52,334 bases of DNA from Micromonosporaceae bacterium (lineage in GTDB: Bacteria; Actinomycetota; Actinomycetes; Mycobacteriales; Micromonosporaceae): assembly GCA_009380105.1 (NCBI GenBank), contig WHSM01000001.1, positions 1 through 52,334 on the forward strand. Direction: 5' to 3'. A program made the position numbers and the translations under genes. This document shows, in pieces, positions 1 to 9,199 of this stretch. Below the pieces are notes generated by a model. It was not told the DNA's origin. It did not search any database and saw only the letters and a program-made list of their open reading frames with translations. Every line of letters begins with the position of its first letter. The stretch's first letter is position 1.

Positions 1-726
1 ATGAAGCGCAGCAAGAGCTACCGCAAGGTCACCGAGCAGGTCGACAAGACCAAGCTGTACGGCCCGCTGGAGGCGACGACGCTCGCCAAGGACACCAACC
101 CCGCGAAGTTCGACGCCACCGTCGAGGTCGCGATGCGGCTCGGTGTGGATCCTCGCAAGGCCGACCAGATGGTGCGGGGCACCGTCAACCTCCCCCACGG
201 CACCGGCAAGGTGGTGCGTGTGATCGTGTTCGCCGCCGGAGAGAAGGCCGAGGAGGCGCGCGCCGCGGGGGCTGACGAGGTCGGCGCGGAGGAGTTGATC
301 GCGCGGATTCAGGGCGGCTGGCTGGAGTTCGACGCCGCCATCGCCACACCGGACCAGATGGCCAAGGTCGGCCGGATCGCGCGGATTCTGGGCCCGCGCG
401 GCCTGATGCCGAACCCCAAGACCGGCACCGTGACCATGGACGTGGCCAAGGCGGTGCAGGACATCAAGGGCGGCAAGATCTCCTTCCGGGTGGACAAGCA
501 CTCGAACCTGCACACGACCATCGGCAAGGCGAGCTTCTCGGCGCAGCAGCTCGCCGAGAACTACGGCGCGGTGCTCGACGAGGTGCTGCGTGCCAAGCCG
601 TCGTCGGCCAAGGGCCGGTACCTGAGGAAGGTCACCATCTCCACGACAATGGGGCCCGGCATCCCGGTCGATCCGAGCCGCACCCGCGACCTGTCGCAGG
701 ACGAGGCCGGCGCGCAGACCGCCTGA
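1..726 (+). CDS. rplA: 50S ribosomal protein uL1
   Basis: 241-aa [33 protein letters not shown] and [15 protein letters not shown] match bacterial L1 end to end. The ATG is the first base of the window, so upstream context is unseen. Confidence 0.95.
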   Translation: MKRSKSYRKVTEQVDKTKLYGPLEATTLAKDTNPAKFDATVEVAMRLGVDPRKADQMVRGTVNLPHGTGKVVRVIVFAAGEKAEEARAAGADEVGAEELIARIQGGWLEFDAAIATPDQMAKVGRIARILGPRGLMPNPKTGTVTMDVAKAVQDIKGGKISFRVDKHSNLHTTIGKASFSAQQLAENYGAVLDEVLRAKPSSAKGRYLRKVTISTTMGPGIPVDPSRTRDLSQDEAGAQTA

Positions 727-752
727 GCATGGCGCCGGCAAGACTCGTGGAG

Positions 753-787
753 TGAGGGGAGCGGATCGCCGCTCCCCTCATTGCGTT
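753..787 (+). terminator. Intrinsic terminator after rplA
   Basis: Perfect 12-bp stem (753-764 pairs with 769-780, loop ATCG) 27 nt after the rplA stop, followed by TTGCGTT. Confidence 0.65.
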
Positions 788-836
788 CACAGGCCGCCGC
801 TCGGGGTGCTGCGGGGCCTGGCGCGGTGACGTTACG

Positions 837-2675
837 GTGTCAATGCCGTCAAAGCGGGGGTGTGGAGGACACGTGGGCGGACAGACACGGCCGGGCAGCC
901 GCCGGCGGGTTCGGCGGATGTGGCCTGCGACCGGCCCTGGTCTGTTGCGGACCGCGGCCGCCGCGCTGTTGGCGGCGGCGCTCGGCGCGGGAGCCGGGGT
1001 GCTCTGGCAGCCGCCGCCCGCGGCCGCGCAGGAGACCATCCGGCAGCTGTCCTGGCATCTCGGTGCGATGCACGTCAAGGACGCCCACGAGATCGCGACC
1101 GGGGTCGGCGTGACGGTCGCCGTGGTCGACACCGGGGTCGACGCCAGCCACCCGGATCTCGAAGGCCAGGTGCTGGACGGCGGCGAAGTCGGAGACGCCG
1201 GGGCCGAGAGGCAGACCAAGGGTCAGGGCGACAAGGACGGCCACGGCACCGGAATGGCGAGCCTGATCGCCGGCAAAGGCGACAGGGGGCCCAACAGTGT
1301 GCTCGGGGTGGCGCCCGCGGCGAAGATCCTCCCCGTCAAGATCTCGCAGAACTCCGACGGCGCCTTCCGCCCCGAAGACGTGTACAAAGGCGTCCGCTGG
1401 GCGATCGACAACGGCGCGAAGATCGTGAACATCTCGCTCGGCGGCGAGCGCAGCGTCGAGGCGCCGTGGAAGAAACAGTTGATCGACTACGCCATCTCCC
1501 AGGACGTGGTCCTGATCGCGGCTGCTGGCAACACCGGCTCCGGTGACAAGAAGGTCGCCGAGCCGGCGTCGATCCCAGGCGTGGTCGCGGTGAGCGGCCT
1601 CACCCGCAACGGCGCGTTCTGGGACGGCTCCGCGAATGGCCCGGAGGTGGTGGTCTCCGCTCCGGCGAAGGGCCTGCCGCATGCCGTGCCGACCAGCGTC
1701 GCCGACAGCGGGTACGCCCTCGCCGACGGCACCAGCGGCGCCACAGCGCTGGTGTCCGGGGTGGCCGCGCTGGTCCGGCAGGCGTACCCGGAAGCCACCG
1801 CCAACGACATCGTCAACCGGCTCATCCACACCGCTGAGGACCGGGGCGACAACGGCCGCGACGAGGAGTACGGCTACGGGGCGGTGGACGCCCTGGCTGC
1901 GCTGCAGGGCGACGTCCCGGGCGTGAAGCACCATCCGCTCGTTTCGCCTGAGGCGGCCAAGTCGGATGAGAAGGCCGCCGCGAGGGCCGCCGCCAAGCGC
2001 AGCGACCGGCGCGTGCTGGTCGTGGTCGGGGTGTTCATCGGCTCGATGCTGGTGCTGCTGGTGGGCGCGTACCTGATCTACCTGGCGCGGCGTTCCCGTC
2101 AGGTCGTGGTGGCGGGCGTGCCGCCCGGCTATCCGGCGATGGTGGGCGTCGGCTGGGGTCAGCCCGGCCCGCAGCCGATGTTCCCGCAGTATCCGCCAGG
2201 GCCGTGGTATCCGCAGCAGCCTGGCCAGCCGTACCCACAGACCGGGCCGCCCCCGACGCACCCGCAACCTGGACCGCCCTCGCAGTACCCGCAGCCCGGG
2301 CCGCCCTCGCAGTACTCACAACCCGGGTCGCCGTATCCGCAGCCCGGGTCGCAGTATCCGCAACCCGCTGGCGGGTTTCCGGCGCCAGCCGCGCCACGCC
2401 CGGGTGTCCCGCAGCAGCCGGCGGGTCCGGGTTGGCCCGCCCAGCCCGCGCTGGCGGGTCCGGGTTGGCCCCCTGTCGGCTCGGTCTCGGTGCCGCGACA
2501 CCAGCCCGAGTCACCGGAGTCGGGGGCGTCGGGGCAGGGTCGGTCCGACGCTGTCGGCGTCCAGAGCCAGCCCAGCGGCGGGACGAACGCTGTGACCCAG
2601 GCTGTCCCGATCGTGCGGCCAGCCCCGGCGCCTCCACCCCCGGTCGACCCGTGGGCCGGGCGCCCGCCGCAATAG
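837..2675 (+). CDS. S8 (subtilisin-family) serine peptidase, mycosin-like: signal peptide, catalytic domain, one C-terminal TM helix, ~195-aa Pro/Gln/Gly-rich tail
   Basis: Catalytic triad motifs VAVVDTGVD (Asp), DGHGTGMASLIAG (His), GTSGATALVSGVAALV (Ser), plus AAAGNTG (oxyanion Asn). N-terminal RRRVRRMWPATGPGLLRTAAAALLAAALGAGAG...AAAQE looks like a signal peptide. TM helix VLVVVGVFIGSMLVLLVGAYLIYLA (about 2013-2087). Start is uncertain: ATG 837, GTG 873 (GGAGGA at 864-869) or ATG 918. Confidence 0.8.
   Translation: MSMPSKRGCGGHVGGQTRPGSRRRVRRMWPATGPGLLRTAAAALLAAALGAGAGVLWQPPPAAAQETIRQLSWHLGAMHVKDAHEIATGVGVTVAVVDTGVDASHPDLEGQVLDGGEVGDAGAERQTKGQGDKDGHGTGMASLIAGKGDRGPNSVLGVAPAAKILPVKISQNSDGAFRPEDVYKGVRWAIDNGAKIVNISLGGERSVEAPWKKQLIDYAISQDVVLIAAAGNTGSGDKKVAEPASIPGVVAVSGLTRNGAFWDGSANGPEVVVSAPAKGLPHAVPTSVADSGYALADGTSGATALVSGVAALVRQAYPEATANDIVNRLIHTAEDRGDNGRDEEYGYGAVDALAALQGDVPGVKHHPLVSPEAAKSDEKAAARAAAKRSDRRVLVVVGVFIGSMLVLLVGAYLIYLARRSRQVVVAGVPPGYPAMVGVGWGQPGPQPMFPQYPPGPWYPQQPGQPYPQTGPPPTHPQPGPPSQYPQPGPPSQYSQPGSPYPQPGSQYPQPAGGFPAPAAPRPGVPQQPAGPGWPAQPALAGPGWPPVGSVSVPRHQPESPESGASGQGRSDAVGVQSQPSGGTNAVTQAVPIVRPAPAPPPPVDPWAGRPPQ
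2262..2357 (+). repeat. Imperfect tandem 27/21-nt coding repeats (PQPGPPSQY units) in the protease tail
   Basis: ccgcaacctggaccgccctcgcagtac (2262-2288) is followed by ccgcagcccgggccgccctcgcagtac (2289-2315) and two shorter degenerate units. Confidence 0.8.
2421..2471 (+). repeat. 18-nt exact direct repeat (AGPGWP coding) in the protease tail
   Basis: gcgggtccgggttggccc occurs at 2421-2438 and again at 2454-2471. Confidence 0.85.
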
Positions 2676-2759
2676 CGCCCCTCACCCTGGAGATCTTGGA
2701 GCACTTCCGTCTCCAGAACGACGGAAAAGCTCCACGATCGCGTGGTGGGCAGGGGTGAT

Positions 2760-2789
2760 TTGGAGTCGGCGACTCACACCGCGTACGCT
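2760..2789 (+). promoter_or_regulatory. Candidate sigma-70-type promoter for rplJL
   Basis: TTGGAG (2760-2765), 18-nt spacer, TACGCT (2784-2789). Pattern match only. Confidence 0.25.
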
Positions 2790-3037
2790 TGCCTGCGGTT
2801 CAACCGAAGACCGCTGGTCACCGTGGCGTACACGGTCGAAGGCTCCGCGTGAAGCGGGCGGCCCGCGCAGGGAGAGCGGAAGCGACAGGGCGCCGCCGCG
2901 CCGGATCATCACAGCCGCGCGGTCCGAGCGCCCATCGAAGCCCCGCGCGCCCTGCGCCGGGGCTCCTCTCGTTTCAGGGGCGTTCCTTCGCCCATGTGCT
3001 CGGCGAGTTGTCCAGCTGAGCACACGAGAGGAGGAAC
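2790..3037 (+). promoter_or_regulatory. Long 5' leader of rplJ-rplL (possible L10-leader-type autoregulatory RNA)
   Basis: ~250 nt non-coding GC-rich stretch with several hairpins (e.g. GTGCTC...GAGCAC just before the GAGGAGGA RBS). L10(L12)4 autoregulation through the rplJ leader is established in other bacteria. Not verified against a covariance model. Confidence 0.3.
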
Positions 3038-3625
3038 ATGGCGACAGATGCTGAGTCCGCGAGGCGTGATCCGGCCAAGCCCTTTCCCGGGGACAAGGCC
3101 GCCGCGATCGCTGAGCTGGTGGACAGGTTCCAGGGAGCGTCCGCCACGCTGCTGACGGAGTACCGCGGTCTGACCGTCACTCAGATCACCCAGCTTCGCC
3201 GTTCGCTCGGCGAGGGCGCCCGGTACCGGGTCGCGAAGAACACGTTCATCAAGCGGGCCGCTGCCGAGGCTGGCATCGAAGGGCTTGACGACCTGTTCTC
3301 CGGCCCCACCGCGCTGGCGTTCGTCACCGGCGACCCGGTGGAGGCCGCCAAGGGTCTGCGTGACTTCGCCAAGGACCATCCGAACCTGGTGATCAAGGGT
3401 GGGGTGATGGAGGGCAAGACGGTCTCCGCCGCCGAGATCACCAAGCTCGCGGACCTGGAGTCGCGCGAGGTGCTGCTGGCGAAGCTGGCAGGGGCGATGC
3501 AGGCCAACCTGAGCAAGGCCGCGGGCCTGTTCCAGGCTCCGCTGTCCCAGGTGGCACGGCTCGCTGCCGCGCTGCAGGAGAAGCGAGAGTCCGAGGGCGC
3601 GCCCACGCCTGCCGCGGAGGCCTGA
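3038..3625 (+). CDS. rplJ: 50S ribosomal protein uL10
   Basis: 195 aa. [38 protein letters not shown] is typical L10. Strong RBS gagaggagga lies upstream of the ATG. Confidence 0.95.
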   Translation: MATDAESARRDPAKPFPGDKAAAIAELVDRFQGASATLLTEYRGLTVTQITQLRRSLGEGARYRVAKNTFIKRAAAEAGIEGLDDLFSGPTALAFVTGDPVEAAKGLRDFAKDHPNLVIKGGVMEGKTVSAAEITKLADLESREVLLAKLAGAMQANLSKAAGLFQAPLSQVARLAAALQEKRESEGAPTPAAEA

Positions 3626-3724
3626 TCCGCGGACACGCGGCGCCTCGCGCGCCGTACCCACAGCAAAGAACCCGACACACGACGTGCCGCGGGAGATTCC
3701 GCGGAGAGCATTGAAAGGAACACC

Positions 3725-4114
3725 ATGGCGAAGCTGTCCAGCGACGACCTGCTCGAGGCGTTCAAGGAGATGACGCTGATCGAGCTCTCTGAGTTCGTTA
3801 AGAAGTTCGAGGAGACCTTCGACGTCACCGCCGCGGCGCCGGTCGCCGCGATGGCGATGCCGGGCGCCGGCGGCGCGGGCGAGGCCCCGGCCGTCGAGGA
3901 GCAGGACGAGTTCGACGTCGTCCTGGAGGCGGCCGGCGAGAAGAAGATCCAGGTCATCAAGGAGGTGCGCGCCCTGACCAGCCTCGGCCTGAAGGAGGCC
4001 AAGGACCTGGTGGACGGCGCGCCGAAGACCGTCGTCGAGAAGGCGACCAAGGAGGCTGCCGAGAAGGCGAAGGAGCAGCTCGAGGGCGCGGGCGCGACCG
4101 TCACCCTCAAGTAA
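3725..4114 (+). CDS. rplL: 50S ribosomal protein bL12 (L7/L12)
   Basis: 129 aa. N-terminal dimerisation helix, Ala/Pro hinge, then [32 protein letters not shown]...GATVTLK. Confidence 0.97.
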   Translation: MAKLSSDDLLEAFKEMTLIELSEFVKKFEETFDVTAAAPVAAMAMPGAGGAGEAPAVEEQDEFDVVLEAAGEKKIQVIKEVRALTSLGLKEAKDLVDGAPKTVVEKATKEAAEKAKEQLEGAGATVTLK

Positions 4115-4123
4115 CTCCCGCTC

Positions 4124-4167
4124 CCGCGGCGATCGGGGTGGCCACCGGAGACGGGTGGTCACCCCGA
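4124..4167 (+). terminator. Intrinsic terminator after rplL
   Basis: 13-bp stem (4124-4136 pairs with 4144-4156, one G.U pair, 7-nt loop) followed by ACGGCTTTTCT. Confidence 0.7.
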
Positions 4168-4207
4168 CGGCTTTTCTACCACCAGACTAAAGTGGCATGT
4201 ATCTGGA

Positions 4208-4254
4208 ATATCCGGATATCGGGGCTTTGTCAAGTGCTGTGATCCGCGTAACGT
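4208..4254 (+). promoter_or_regulatory. Candidate operator palindrome plus promoter upstream of the mce locus
   Basis: Perfect 12-bp palindrome ATATCCGGATAT (4208-4219) lies immediately upstream of TTGTCA (4227-4232), 16-nt spacer, TAACGT (4249-4254). It sits in a locally AT-rich island. Confidence 0.3.
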
Positions 4255-4431
4255 AGAGCGACCGACGTTTCGATTCCATGACTGAGGTGTGGCAACTCGC
4301 GCAAGGGTCTTCCATCCTGAGTTACTGAGCGGTTAACTTACCCCTCAGTCAGGTTCTGGTTCCCTTAGCCAAGGCGGCGGGCGATAGTCGGCGAGGAACG
4401 TGTCCGGTCAAGGCCGACCGGGGAACTACCG

Positions 4432-5484
4432 GTGGGAGGAGCCCAGTTGGGCGTCGAGGTGACCGTCGAAGGGCTGACCAAGTCCTTCGGCAGGCAGTTG
4501 ATCTGGGGGGATGTGAGCCTCACCCTTCCCGCGGGTGAGATCTCGGTGCTGCTCGGCCCTTCCGGCACCGGCAAGTCCGTCTTCCTCAAGACGCTCGTCG
4601 GGCTGCTCAAGCCCGAGGCGGGCTCGATCTGGATCCGCGACAAGGACCTTCCGAAGCTCTCCGAGCACGACCTGTACGAGGTCCGCAAGCTGTTCGGCGT
4701 GCTGTTCCAGGACGGCGCGCTCTTCGGGTCGATGACCCTCTACGACAACATCGCGTTCCCGCTGCGCGAGCACACTAAGAAGTCCGAGCGCGAGGTGCGG
4801 GACATCGTCATGGAGAAGATGGAGATGGTCGGTCTCCTCGGCGCCGAGAAGAAGCTGCCGGGTGAGATCTCCGGAGGCATGCGCAAGCGCGCCGGTCTGG
4901 CCCGCGCGCTGGTGCTCGACCCCGAGATCATCCTCTTCGACGAACCGGACTCCGGCCTGGACCCGGTGCGGACGGCGTACCTGAACCAGTTGATCGTCGA
5001 CCTGAACCAGCAGGTCGAGGCGACGTTCCTGATCGTCACCCATGACATCAACACCGCGCGCACCCTGCCCGACAACATCGGCCTGCTTTACCACAGGCAC
5101 CTGGCGATGTTCGGGCCGCGCGAGATGTTGCTCTGCTCCGAGGAGCCGGTGGTCCGGCAGTTCCTCAACGCCCAGCGGGTCGGGCCGATCGGGATGGCCG
5201 AGGAGAAGGACGCCGACGAGCTCGCGGCGGAGGCCGAGTCCGGGCAGGAGATCCCGCCGCTGCCCCCGGTGCCGGTGCAGCTTCCGCCCTCCAACGGCCT
5301 TCCGCGCCGTACCCAGCGGCCACCGGGCGAGTGGTGCCGGCAGAACGGCGTCACGCCGCCGCCCGGCTCCTTCGAGGGCGTGGACTGGACCGTCCCGGAC
5401 GAGGGCACGGTGTACTCCAGCCGTTACGCGCAGCCCGTCGACGGCGACCAGGACACGGTGACGCTGCGCCGGAGAGAGGGCTAG
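4432..5484 (+). CDS. mkl: Mce-system ABC ATPase (Mkl/MceG, MlaF-like) with Pro-rich C-terminal extension
   Basis: Walker A GPSGTGKS, ABC signature ISGGMRKRAGLARAL, Walker B ILFDEPDSGLDP, H-loop VTHD. It directly precedes two YrbE permeases. GTG start. Confidence 0.85.
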   Translation: MGGAQLGVEVTVEGLTKSFGRQLIWGDVSLTLPAGEISVLLGPSGTGKSVFLKTLVGLLKPEAGSIWIRDKDLPKLSEHDLYEVRKLFGVLFQDGALFGSMTLYDNIAFPLREHTKKSEREVRDIVMEKMEMVGLLGAEKKLPGEISGGMRKRAGLARALVLDPEIILFDEPDSGLDPVRTAYLNQLIVDLNQQVEATFLIVTHDINTARTLPDNIGLLYHRHLAMFGPREMLLCSEEPVVRQFLNAQRVGPIGMAEEKDADELAAEAESGQEIPPLPPVPVQLPPSNGLPRRTQRPPGEWCRQNGVTPPPGSFEGVDWTVPDEGTVYSSRYAQPVDGDQDTVTLRRREG

Positions 5485-5487
5485 TCG

Positions 5488-6261
5488 ATGGCCAATCCGG
5501 TCACCGCGGGCTTGGCGCAGGCAGGCGGCTTCTTCGCCTTCGCTCTCGACACCATCCGGGCGTTCCCGCGCCGCCCCTTCCAGTTCCGGGAGCTGGTGCA
5601 GCAGGCCTGGTTCATCGCCAGCGTGTCCATCCTGCCCGCCGCGCTGGTCGCGATCCCGTTCGGCGCGGTGATCTCGCTGCAGCTCGGCTCGCTGACCCGG
5701 CAGCTCGGCGCGCAGTCCTTCTCCGGCGCGGCCAGCGTCCTGGCCGTCGTGCGGGAGGCCGGCCCGATCGTGACCGCCCTGATCATCGCCGGGGCCGGCG
5801 CGTCGGCGATCTGCGCGGACCTCGGCGCCCGCAAGATCCGGGAAGAGCTGGACGCGATGCAGGTGCTCGGCATCGACCCGATCCAGCGCCTGGTGGTGCC
5901 CCGGGTGATCGCCAGCATGTTCGTGGCGGTGCTGCTCAACGGCCTGGTCAGCGTGGTGGGCGTCGCCGGCGGCTATTTCTTCAACGTGATCATGCAGGGC
6001 GGCACGCCGGGCGCGTACCTCAACAGCTTCCAGGCTCTCGGCCAACTCGCCGACCTCGTGTCAGGCGAGATCAAAGCGCTCTGTTTCGGCGCCATCGCGG
6101 CGCTGGTCGCCTGCTATCTGGGCATGAACGCCAAGGGAGGTCCCAAAGGCGTGGGTGACGCGGTGAACCAGACCGTGGTCTTCGCCTTCATGCTGCTGTT
6201 CGCGGTCAACTTCATCATCGTGGCGATCTACTTCCAGGTCGTTCCGCAGAAGGGGAGTTGA
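5488..6261 (+). CDS. yrbEA: Mce-system permease, YrbE/MlaE family (A subunit)
   Basis: 257-aa polytopic membrane protein. REAGPIVTALIIAGAGASAICADLGARKIREELDAMQVLGIDP is the characteristic MlaE/YrbE motif. Confidence 0.85.
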   Translation: MANPVTAGLAQAGGFFAFALDTIRAFPRRPFQFRELVQQAWFIASVSILPAALVAIPFGAVISLQLGSLTRQLGAQSFSGAASVLAVVREAGPIVTALIIAGAGASAICADLGARKIREELDAMQVLGIDPIQRLVVPRVIASMFVAVLLNGLVSVVGVAGGYFFNVIMQGGTPGAYLNSFQALGQLADLVSGEIKALCFGAIAALVACYLGMNAKGGPKGVGDAVNQTVVFAFMLLFAVNFIIVAIYFQVVPQKGS

Positions 6262-7091
6262 CCGTGGCTGACATGAACACGATCTACCGCAAACCGCTCT
6301 CCATGCTGGACGACCTGGGCGATCAGCTCTCCTTCTACAGCCGGTCGCTGGCGTGGACCCCGCGCACCATCCGCCGCTACAAGCGTGAGGTCCTCCGCCT
6401 GCTCGCCGAGGTGAGCTTCGGCACCGGCGCGCTCGCGGTGATCGGCGGCACCATCGGCGTGATCGTCTTCATCACCTTCTTCACCGGCACCGAGGTGGGC
6501 CTGCAGGGCTACCAGGCGCTGCAGCAGATCGGTTCCAGCGCGTTCACCGGGTTCGTGTCGGCGTACTTCAACACCCGCGAGATCTCCCCGCTGGTGGCGG
6601 GCCTGGCGCTGTCGGCGACAGTCGGCGCCGGCTTCACCGCGCAGCTCGGCGCGATGCGGATCAACGAGGAGGTGGACGCGCTGGAGGTCATGGGCCTGCC
6701 GTCGCTGCCCTTCCTGGTGACCACCCGCATGATCGCCGGGTTCGTCGCGGTGATCCCGCTGTACGTGATCGCGCTGCTCTCCAGCTACGCCGCGACCCGC
6801 ATGATCGCCACCAGCTACTTCGACCAGTCGACCGGCACGTACGACTACTACTTCACCCTGTTCCTGCCGCCGGAAGACGTGTTGTGGTCGTTCTTCAAGG
6901 TGCTGGTGTTCAGTGTTTTGGTGATCCTGATCCACTGCTACTACGGTTACACCGCGTCCGGCGGTCCGGCGGGGGTCGGGATGGCCGTCGGCCGCGCGGT
7001 GCGGCTGGCGATCGTCGCGATCAATATTGTTGACTTCTTCCTCAGTCTCGCGATCTGGGGCACCACGACGACAGTCCGGATCGTGGGGTAG
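6258..7091 (+). CDS. yrbEB: Mce-system permease, YrbE/MlaE family (B subunit)
   Basis: 277 aa. REISPLVAGLALSATVGAGFTAQLGAMRINEEVDALEVMG motif. The start overlaps the previous stop (TTG 6258; GTG 6264 or ATG 6273 also possible). Confidence 0.85.
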   Translation: MTVADMNTIYRKPLSMLDDLGDQLSFYSRSLAWTPRTIRRYKREVLRLLAEVSFGTGALAVIGGTIGVIVFITFFTGTEVGLQGYQALQQIGSSAFTGFVSAYFNTREISPLVAGLALSATVGAGFTAQLGAMRINEEVDALEVMGLPSLPFLVTTRMIAGFVAVIPLYVIALLSSYAATRMIATSYFDQSTGTYDYYFTLFLPPEDVLWSFFKVLVFSVLVILIHCYYGYTASGGPAGVGMAVGRAVRLAIVAINIVDFFLSLAIWGTTTTVRIVG

Positions 7092-7099
7092 GGGCGACT

Positions 7100-8149
7100 G
7101 TGGCGATACAAGGACGTGGCTACGTAGGCCCGCTCATCAAGCTGGGCATCTTCACCCTGATCACCGCGATGGCGACGCTGTTCCTGGCCAGCACCCTGAC
7201 CACCTTCGGGGCCGGCGACGGGCACACGTACAAGGCGCGGTTCACCAACGTGGCCGGGCTGCTCGCCGGCGACGACGTGCGCATCGCCGGGGTGCAGGTC
7301 GGCAAGGTCACCGACATCGCGCTGGTCGACAACCGGCTCGGCCAGGTCACGTTGGTGGTCGACGACTCCATCAGGCTGCCGAAGACAGTCGAGGCGAAGA
7401 TCCGCTACCGCAATCTCGTGGGCCAGCGCTACATCTCGCTCACCGAAGGCCCCAGCAAGCACGGCCGGCTCGCGCCGAACGGCACCATCCCGCTCAGCCA
7501 GACCGAGCCGTCGCTGGACCTGACGCTCCTGTTCAACGGGTTCCGCCCGCTGCTGACAGCGCTGACGCCGAAGGACATCAACAAGTTCTCGTACGAGATC
7601 ATCCAGGTTCTCGAAGGCGAAGGCGGCACCGTGGAGAGCCTGCTGTCGCGCACCGCCTCGCTGACCAACACCCTCGCCGACCGCGACGAGGTGATCGGCC
7701 GGGTGATCGACAACCTGAATCAGGTGCTGGGCACGCTGAACGCGCGGGACAAGCAGTTGGCCGAGACCATCAGCCAGTTGCAGGCCTTCGTCTCCGGGCT
7801 GGCCAAGGACCGCAAGGCGATCGGCGAGTCGTTGGGCCACATCGGCACGCTCGCCGACGAGACCTCGAAGCTGCTCAAGGACGCGCGTCCGGCGCTGAAG
7901 GCGGACATCGCTCAGCTGCGCAAGCTCGCGGTCACGCTCAACGCCAACAAGTCGGTGATCAACAACACTCTCGCCAGGCTGCCGGTGCATTTCGCGACCA
8001 TGAACCGCGTCGCCTCGTACGGCTCCTGGTTCAACTTCTTCCTCTGCGACTGGGATGGCCGGGTCAACGTCCCCGGCGCCGGTCACGTCACCCCGGCGAC
8101 CTTCCACTCGCAGCAGGCCCGCTGCCAGCGCACCGGGGCGGGTGACTAG
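7100..8149 (+). CDS. MCE-family (MlaD-domain) substrate-binding protein 1
   Basis: N-terminal TM helix, then the MlaD fold signature YKARFTNVAGLLAGDDVRIAGVQVGKVTDI...IRYRNLVGQRYISL, then a long helical region. Confidence 0.85.
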   Translation: MAIQGRGYVGPLIKLGIFTLITAMATLFLASTLTTFGAGDGHTYKARFTNVAGLLAGDDVRIAGVQVGKVTDIALVDNRLGQVTLVVDDSIRLPKTVEAKIRYRNLVGQRYISLTEGPSKHGRLAPNGTIPLSQTEPSLDLTLLFNGFRPLLTALTPKDINKFSYEIIQVLEGEGGTVESLLSRTASLTNTLADRDEVIGRVIDNLNQVLGTLNARDKQLAETISQLQAFVSGLAKDRKAIGESLGHIGTLADETSKLLKDARPALKADIAQLRKLAVTLNANKSVINNTLARLPVHFATMNRVASYGSWFNFFLCDWDGRVNVPGAGHVTPATFHSQQARCQRTGAGD

Positions 8150-9199
8150 ATGAAACCGTTCCGGGATCGGAGCCAGGTCGTCATCGGGGCGATCTGCGTC
8201 GGCCTCCTGGTGGCCGGCGTGCTGGCAGCGTTCCAGTTGGAGAACATCAGCGGGATGTTCGGCACGAAGTACCGGGCGGCGTTCGCGGACGCGAGCGGGC
8301 TGACCACCAGGGACGAGGTGCGTATCGCCGGCGTGAAGGTCGGCAAGGTCACCAAGATCGGCCTGGCGGGCTTCAAGGAGAGCACAGGCAGGCAGCGCCC
8401 GTACGTGGAGGTGCAGTTCCGAGTCGACGGCGACGTGTCGATGGGGACGAAGACCAAAGCGGTGATCGCGGTCAAGACCCTGGTGGGCCAGAAGTACCTG
8501 GCGTTGCAGCCGGCCGGGCCGGGTGAGATGTCGGGCGGCGACCTGATCCCGCGCTCGCGGACCGTGGCGCCGTTCGACGTGGTGGACGCGTTCAGCTCCT
8601 TGGCGGAGACCGTCACGAAGATCGACGTCGAGCAGCTCAAGAAGGCGCTGACGGTGCTGTCGGACACCTTCGAGGACACCCCGCCGCACGTGAAGTCGTC
8701 GCTGGAAGGTTTGTCGCGACTGTCGAAGACGGTCGCGAGCAGGGACAAGCAGCTGCAGCTGCTGCTCAAGCGCACCCAAGGGGTGACGAAGGTCCTGGCG
8801 GAGCGCAGCGGCGAGTTCCGCAAGCTGGTCAAGGACGCCAACCTGCTGCTGGACGAGGTGAGCAAGCGCAAGGACGCGATCCACCGGCTGCTCGTCGCCA
8901 CGGATGACCTGGCCACGCAGCTGTCCGGCGTGGCGAAGGACAACCGCAAACAGTTGGGCCCGGCGCTCAAGCAGCTGCGCGGGGTCGCCGAGATCCTGCG
9001 CAAGAACAAGACCAACCTGGAGAAGACCCTCAAGAACATGGGCCCGTACATCAAGGCGTTCACCAACGTCGTCGGCAACGGGCGCTGGTTCGACAACTAC
9101 ATCGACGGCCTGCTCCAGCCGTACACGCCCAGCGGCCCGACGGTGGTGCCTGAAGGCGGCTCGCGACCCGGCTCCGCCGCGAAGGAAGGTGGGCGGTGA
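8150..9199 (+). CDS. MCE-family substrate-binding protein 2
   Basis: TM helix plus YRAAFADASGLTTRDEVRIAGVKVGKVTKI...VKTLVGQKYLAL. The ATG abuts the previous stop codon. Confidence 0.85.
   Translation: MKPFRDRSQVVIGAICVGLLVAGVLAAFQLENISGMFGTKYRAAFADASGLTTRDEVRIAGVKVGKVTKIGLAGFKESTGRQRPYVEVQFRVDGDVSMGTKTKAVIAVKTLVGQKYLALQPAGPGEMSGGDLIPRSRTVAPFDVVDAFSSLAETVTKIDVEQLKKALTVLSDTFEDTPPHVKSSLEGLSRLSKTVASRDKQLQLLLKRTQGVTKVLAERSGEFRKLVKDANLLLDEVSKRKDAIHRLLVATDDLATQLSGVAKDNRKQLGPALKQLRGVAEILRKNKTNLEKTLKNMGPYIKAFTNVVGNGRWFDNYIDGLLQPYTPSGPTVVPEGGSRPGSAAKEGGR

Noticed and set aside
2837-2847. 11-mer CGAAGGCTCCG shared by the rplJ leader (2837-2847) and the rpsL leader (25311-25321), and GCGTGAAG shared by the rplJ leader and the rpsJ leader hairpin. 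This hinted at a third member of the shared-leader family.
   Set aside because: The matches are short, in GC-rich sequence and in different structural contexts. The 22-nt core motif itself is absent from the rplJ leader. This is treated as chance unless comparative data say otherwise.
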